Assembly: GCA_029762535.1 (NCBI GenBank)
Contig: JARVGK010000028.1
Location: 22,895 to 41,894 of the forward strand
Direction of reading: 5' to 3'
Source of the DNA: Thermoplasmatota archaeon
GTDB taxonomy: Archaea > Thermoplasmatota > Penumbrarchaeia > Penumbrarchaeales > Penumbrarchaeaceae
DNA: 19,000 nt
In this document: piece by piece, positions 16,104-19,000 of the stretch
Numbering within the stretch: position 1 is the first letter of the stretch
How the letters are laid out: each line of letters starts with the position of its first letter
Program-made: the position numbers and the translations under genes
Notes under the pieces: model-generated
Database searches by the model: none
Told to the model about the DNA's origin: nothing
Seen by the model: only the letters and a program-made list of their open reading frames with translations

Positions 16104-16196
16104 CCGCACATTATGGATTTCTAAAGATAGTTTATACGAAAGCTTCCCGACCGCAACGGTCATATAAGCCTTGCGAATAGAGAGTCGGGATAGTAT

Positions 16197-16619
16197 ATGG
16201 ACGATACCAATTACGAGATCAGGCGAGTGACATCCTGGCCGACCGAAGAGATCGTGGACCTCTACCGCGAGGGAGGCTGGTGGAAGGAGGGATACGATCC
16301 CTCCGGGATCCCGCGGATGCTGGAGGGGAGCTTCAGGTTCGTCGTCGCTGTGGAGCGGAGTTCCGGCAGGGCGGTCGGCATGGGCCGTGTGATCTCGGAC
16401 GGGCATTCGGACGGATACATACAAGACGTCGTCGTCGCGTGGGGTCTCAGGGGCAAGGGTCTTGGACGTTCTATCGTCAGGGCACTGCTCGACCTGTGCC
16501 TCGAGGCGGGCCTGGTATGGATCGGCCTGATAGCCGAGAAGGGGTCCTCGGCCTTTTACAGGGATATGGGTTTTGACACCTTCGACGGGGAACCAATGCT
16601 GTACGGGGGATCCGATTAG
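16197..16619 (+). CDS. GNAT family N-acetyltransferase
   Basis: VGMGRVISDG, YIQDVVV, motif A LRGKGLG, FYRDMGF. TATA-like CATATAA at 16161-16167. Confidence 0.93.
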   Translation: MDDTNYEIRRVTSWPTEEIVDLYREGGWWKEGYDPSGIPRMLEGSFRFVVAVERSSGRAVGMGRVISDGHSDGYIQDVVVAWGLRGKGLGRSIVRALLDLCLEAGLVWIGLIAEKGSSAFYRDMGFDTFDGEPMLYGGSD

Positions 16620-17521
16620 TGGAACTTGAGGACTTCAGGCCGGTCATGATGAAGGACAGGCAGGCCATAATGGAGGTGTACAAGGAACATGCGCCTCTAC
16701 ACAGCGATTACTCCTTCACGACCATGTTCGCCTGGCGGCATTACATGGACTACATGTTCTTCCGGTCCGGAGAGGTCCTTCATTTCATGACCCGAAAGGA
16801 CGGCGATGTTACGTTCAGGGGTCCGATAGGGAAGTATGGCCGGGAGGACATCCAGGAATTGCTCGATCTGGCTTTCAGAGTGGGGGGGGATCCTCCTATC
16901 GGAGTTCTCGATCGGAGGATGCGCGATGCGATAGGAGAAGTGAGGCCATACCTTGAGTTCGTCCCGAGAAGGGAGTATTTCGACTACGTCTACCTCTCAA
17001 CCTCGCTCAGGGACCTGCCAGGTGGGGATTTCCTCAAACACAGGAACCAGCTCAATCACTTTCTGAAGAACAACGGTAGCTCGTTCGAGGCGATCGGGGC
17101 GGATAATATATTCGAGGCCAGAGAGTTCTTCACCTGGTGGTGCAGGATGAGAGGCTGCGAGAAGGAGCCACTGCTCGAGAGCGAGAAGATATTCATCAAG
17201 ACGTGCATGGACAACTACGAGGACCTAGATCTCAAAGGTATTATCGTGAGGATCGACGGCGAGATACGCGCCGCCTCCGTTTTCGAGGAGCTTTCAGCTG
17301 ACACTGCCGTTATTCACATAGAGAAGGCGGATCCCAGGATAAAGGGCCTGTACCAGGCGATCAACCAGCATACCGCATCCTTATTATCTGAAAAGTATCG
17401 GTTCATCAACAGGGAATCGGACATGGGGATACCGGGATTGAGGCAGGCGAAGGAGAGATACCGCCCCCATCACATGGTCGAGGTCTATCAGGTCAGTCAT
17501 GATATCTCGGATCATATGTAG
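16619..17521 (+). CDS. DUF2156 family protein (stand-alone phosphatidylglycerol lysyltransferase C-terminal-like, aminoacyl-tRNA transferase fold)
   Basis: SDYSFTTMFAW, DYVY..L.G, HIEKA, GLYQAIN, INRESDMGIPGLRQAKERYRP. GTG start overlaps the GNAT stop (TAGTG). Confidence 0.88.
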   Translation: MELEDFRPVMMKDRQAIMEVYKEHAPLHSDYSFTTMFAWRHYMDYMFFRSGEVLHFMTRKDGDVTFRGPIGKYGREDIQELLDLAFRVGGDPPIGVLDRRMRDAIGEVRPYLEFVPRREYFDYVYLSTSLRDLPGGDFLKHRNQLNHFLKNNGSSFEAIGADNIFEAREFFTWWCRMRGCEKEPLLESEKIFIKTCMDNYEDLDLKGIIVRIDGEIRAASVFEELSADTAVIHIEKADPRIKGLYQAINQHTASLLSEKYRFINRESDMGIPGLRQAKERYRPHHMVEVYQVSHDISDHM

Positions 17522-17686
17522 AATACCACTGTAAGCGATACATGATTTTGATCTCCAGGCGTTTGGGGACATCGGACGGGGACCGAACAGCTATTTTGGT
17601 TAGCGGTTGCGGTCCAATATGGGGTGTCGATAAAAGAGAGGGTCTGGATTTTTATCGAGACATTCCATCCCCGTGTAACTGGATGG

Positions 17687-17700
17687 GCAAGCTTTAATTA
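17687..17700 (+). promoter_or_regulatory. Putative TATA (TTTAATTA) of the PAS kinase gene
   Basis: GCAAGC-TTTAATTA, 55-80 nt upstream of the candidate starts. Confidence 0.45.
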
Positions 17701-17754
17701 CGGCCACGGGGGTTCGAAGTCGATCCCTCCTCTCTGACCCCCTTGAGAGGAAGC

Positions 17755-19000
<1,246 letters not shown>

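Noticed and set aside
16617-16630. TAG stops as possible pyrrolysine read-through
   Set aside because: The GNAT domain is complete and the frame closes a few codons later. No split domains at the TAG or TGA stops I examined.
17705-17730. GGGTTCGAAGTC resembles a tRNA T-loop
   Set aside because: No matching T-stem, D-arm, anticodon arm or acceptor stem can be built.

Overview
GC-rich, gene-dense window that looks archaeal: TATA-like boxes about 25-35 nt upstream of several starts, GGTGA/GGAGG Shine-Dalgarno (SD) sites, a pyrB-pyrI pair, an archaeal-type Smc and a methanogen-like histidine kinase. A Thermoplasmatota-like euryarchaeon is my inference. Gene order: Pro/Glu-rich hypothetical protein; large membrane-anchored PKD-repeat surface protein coupled to pyroglutamyl peptidase I; pyrBI (-); stand-alone E2-like acyltransferase with an altered active site, coupled to a bacterial-type RluB/RsuA pseudouridine synthase; sensor-less histidine kinase (-); TauE/SafE permease; complete smc-scpA-scpB condensin operon (-); 71-aa membrane protein (-); GNAT plus DUF2156 pair; PAS-PAS histidine kinase running off the right edge (absent from the ORF track). 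I see no tRNA, rRNA, CRISPR array or mobile element. Most content is housekeeping and no clear-cut novel multi-gene system is evident. The best leads are the DER-variant E2-like enzyme with its RluB-like partner, structured non-coding segments (1717-1870, 17550-17751, 16-147), inverted repeats bracketing several TATA boxes with 14-15 nt spacers, and the GNAT-DUF2156 pair.
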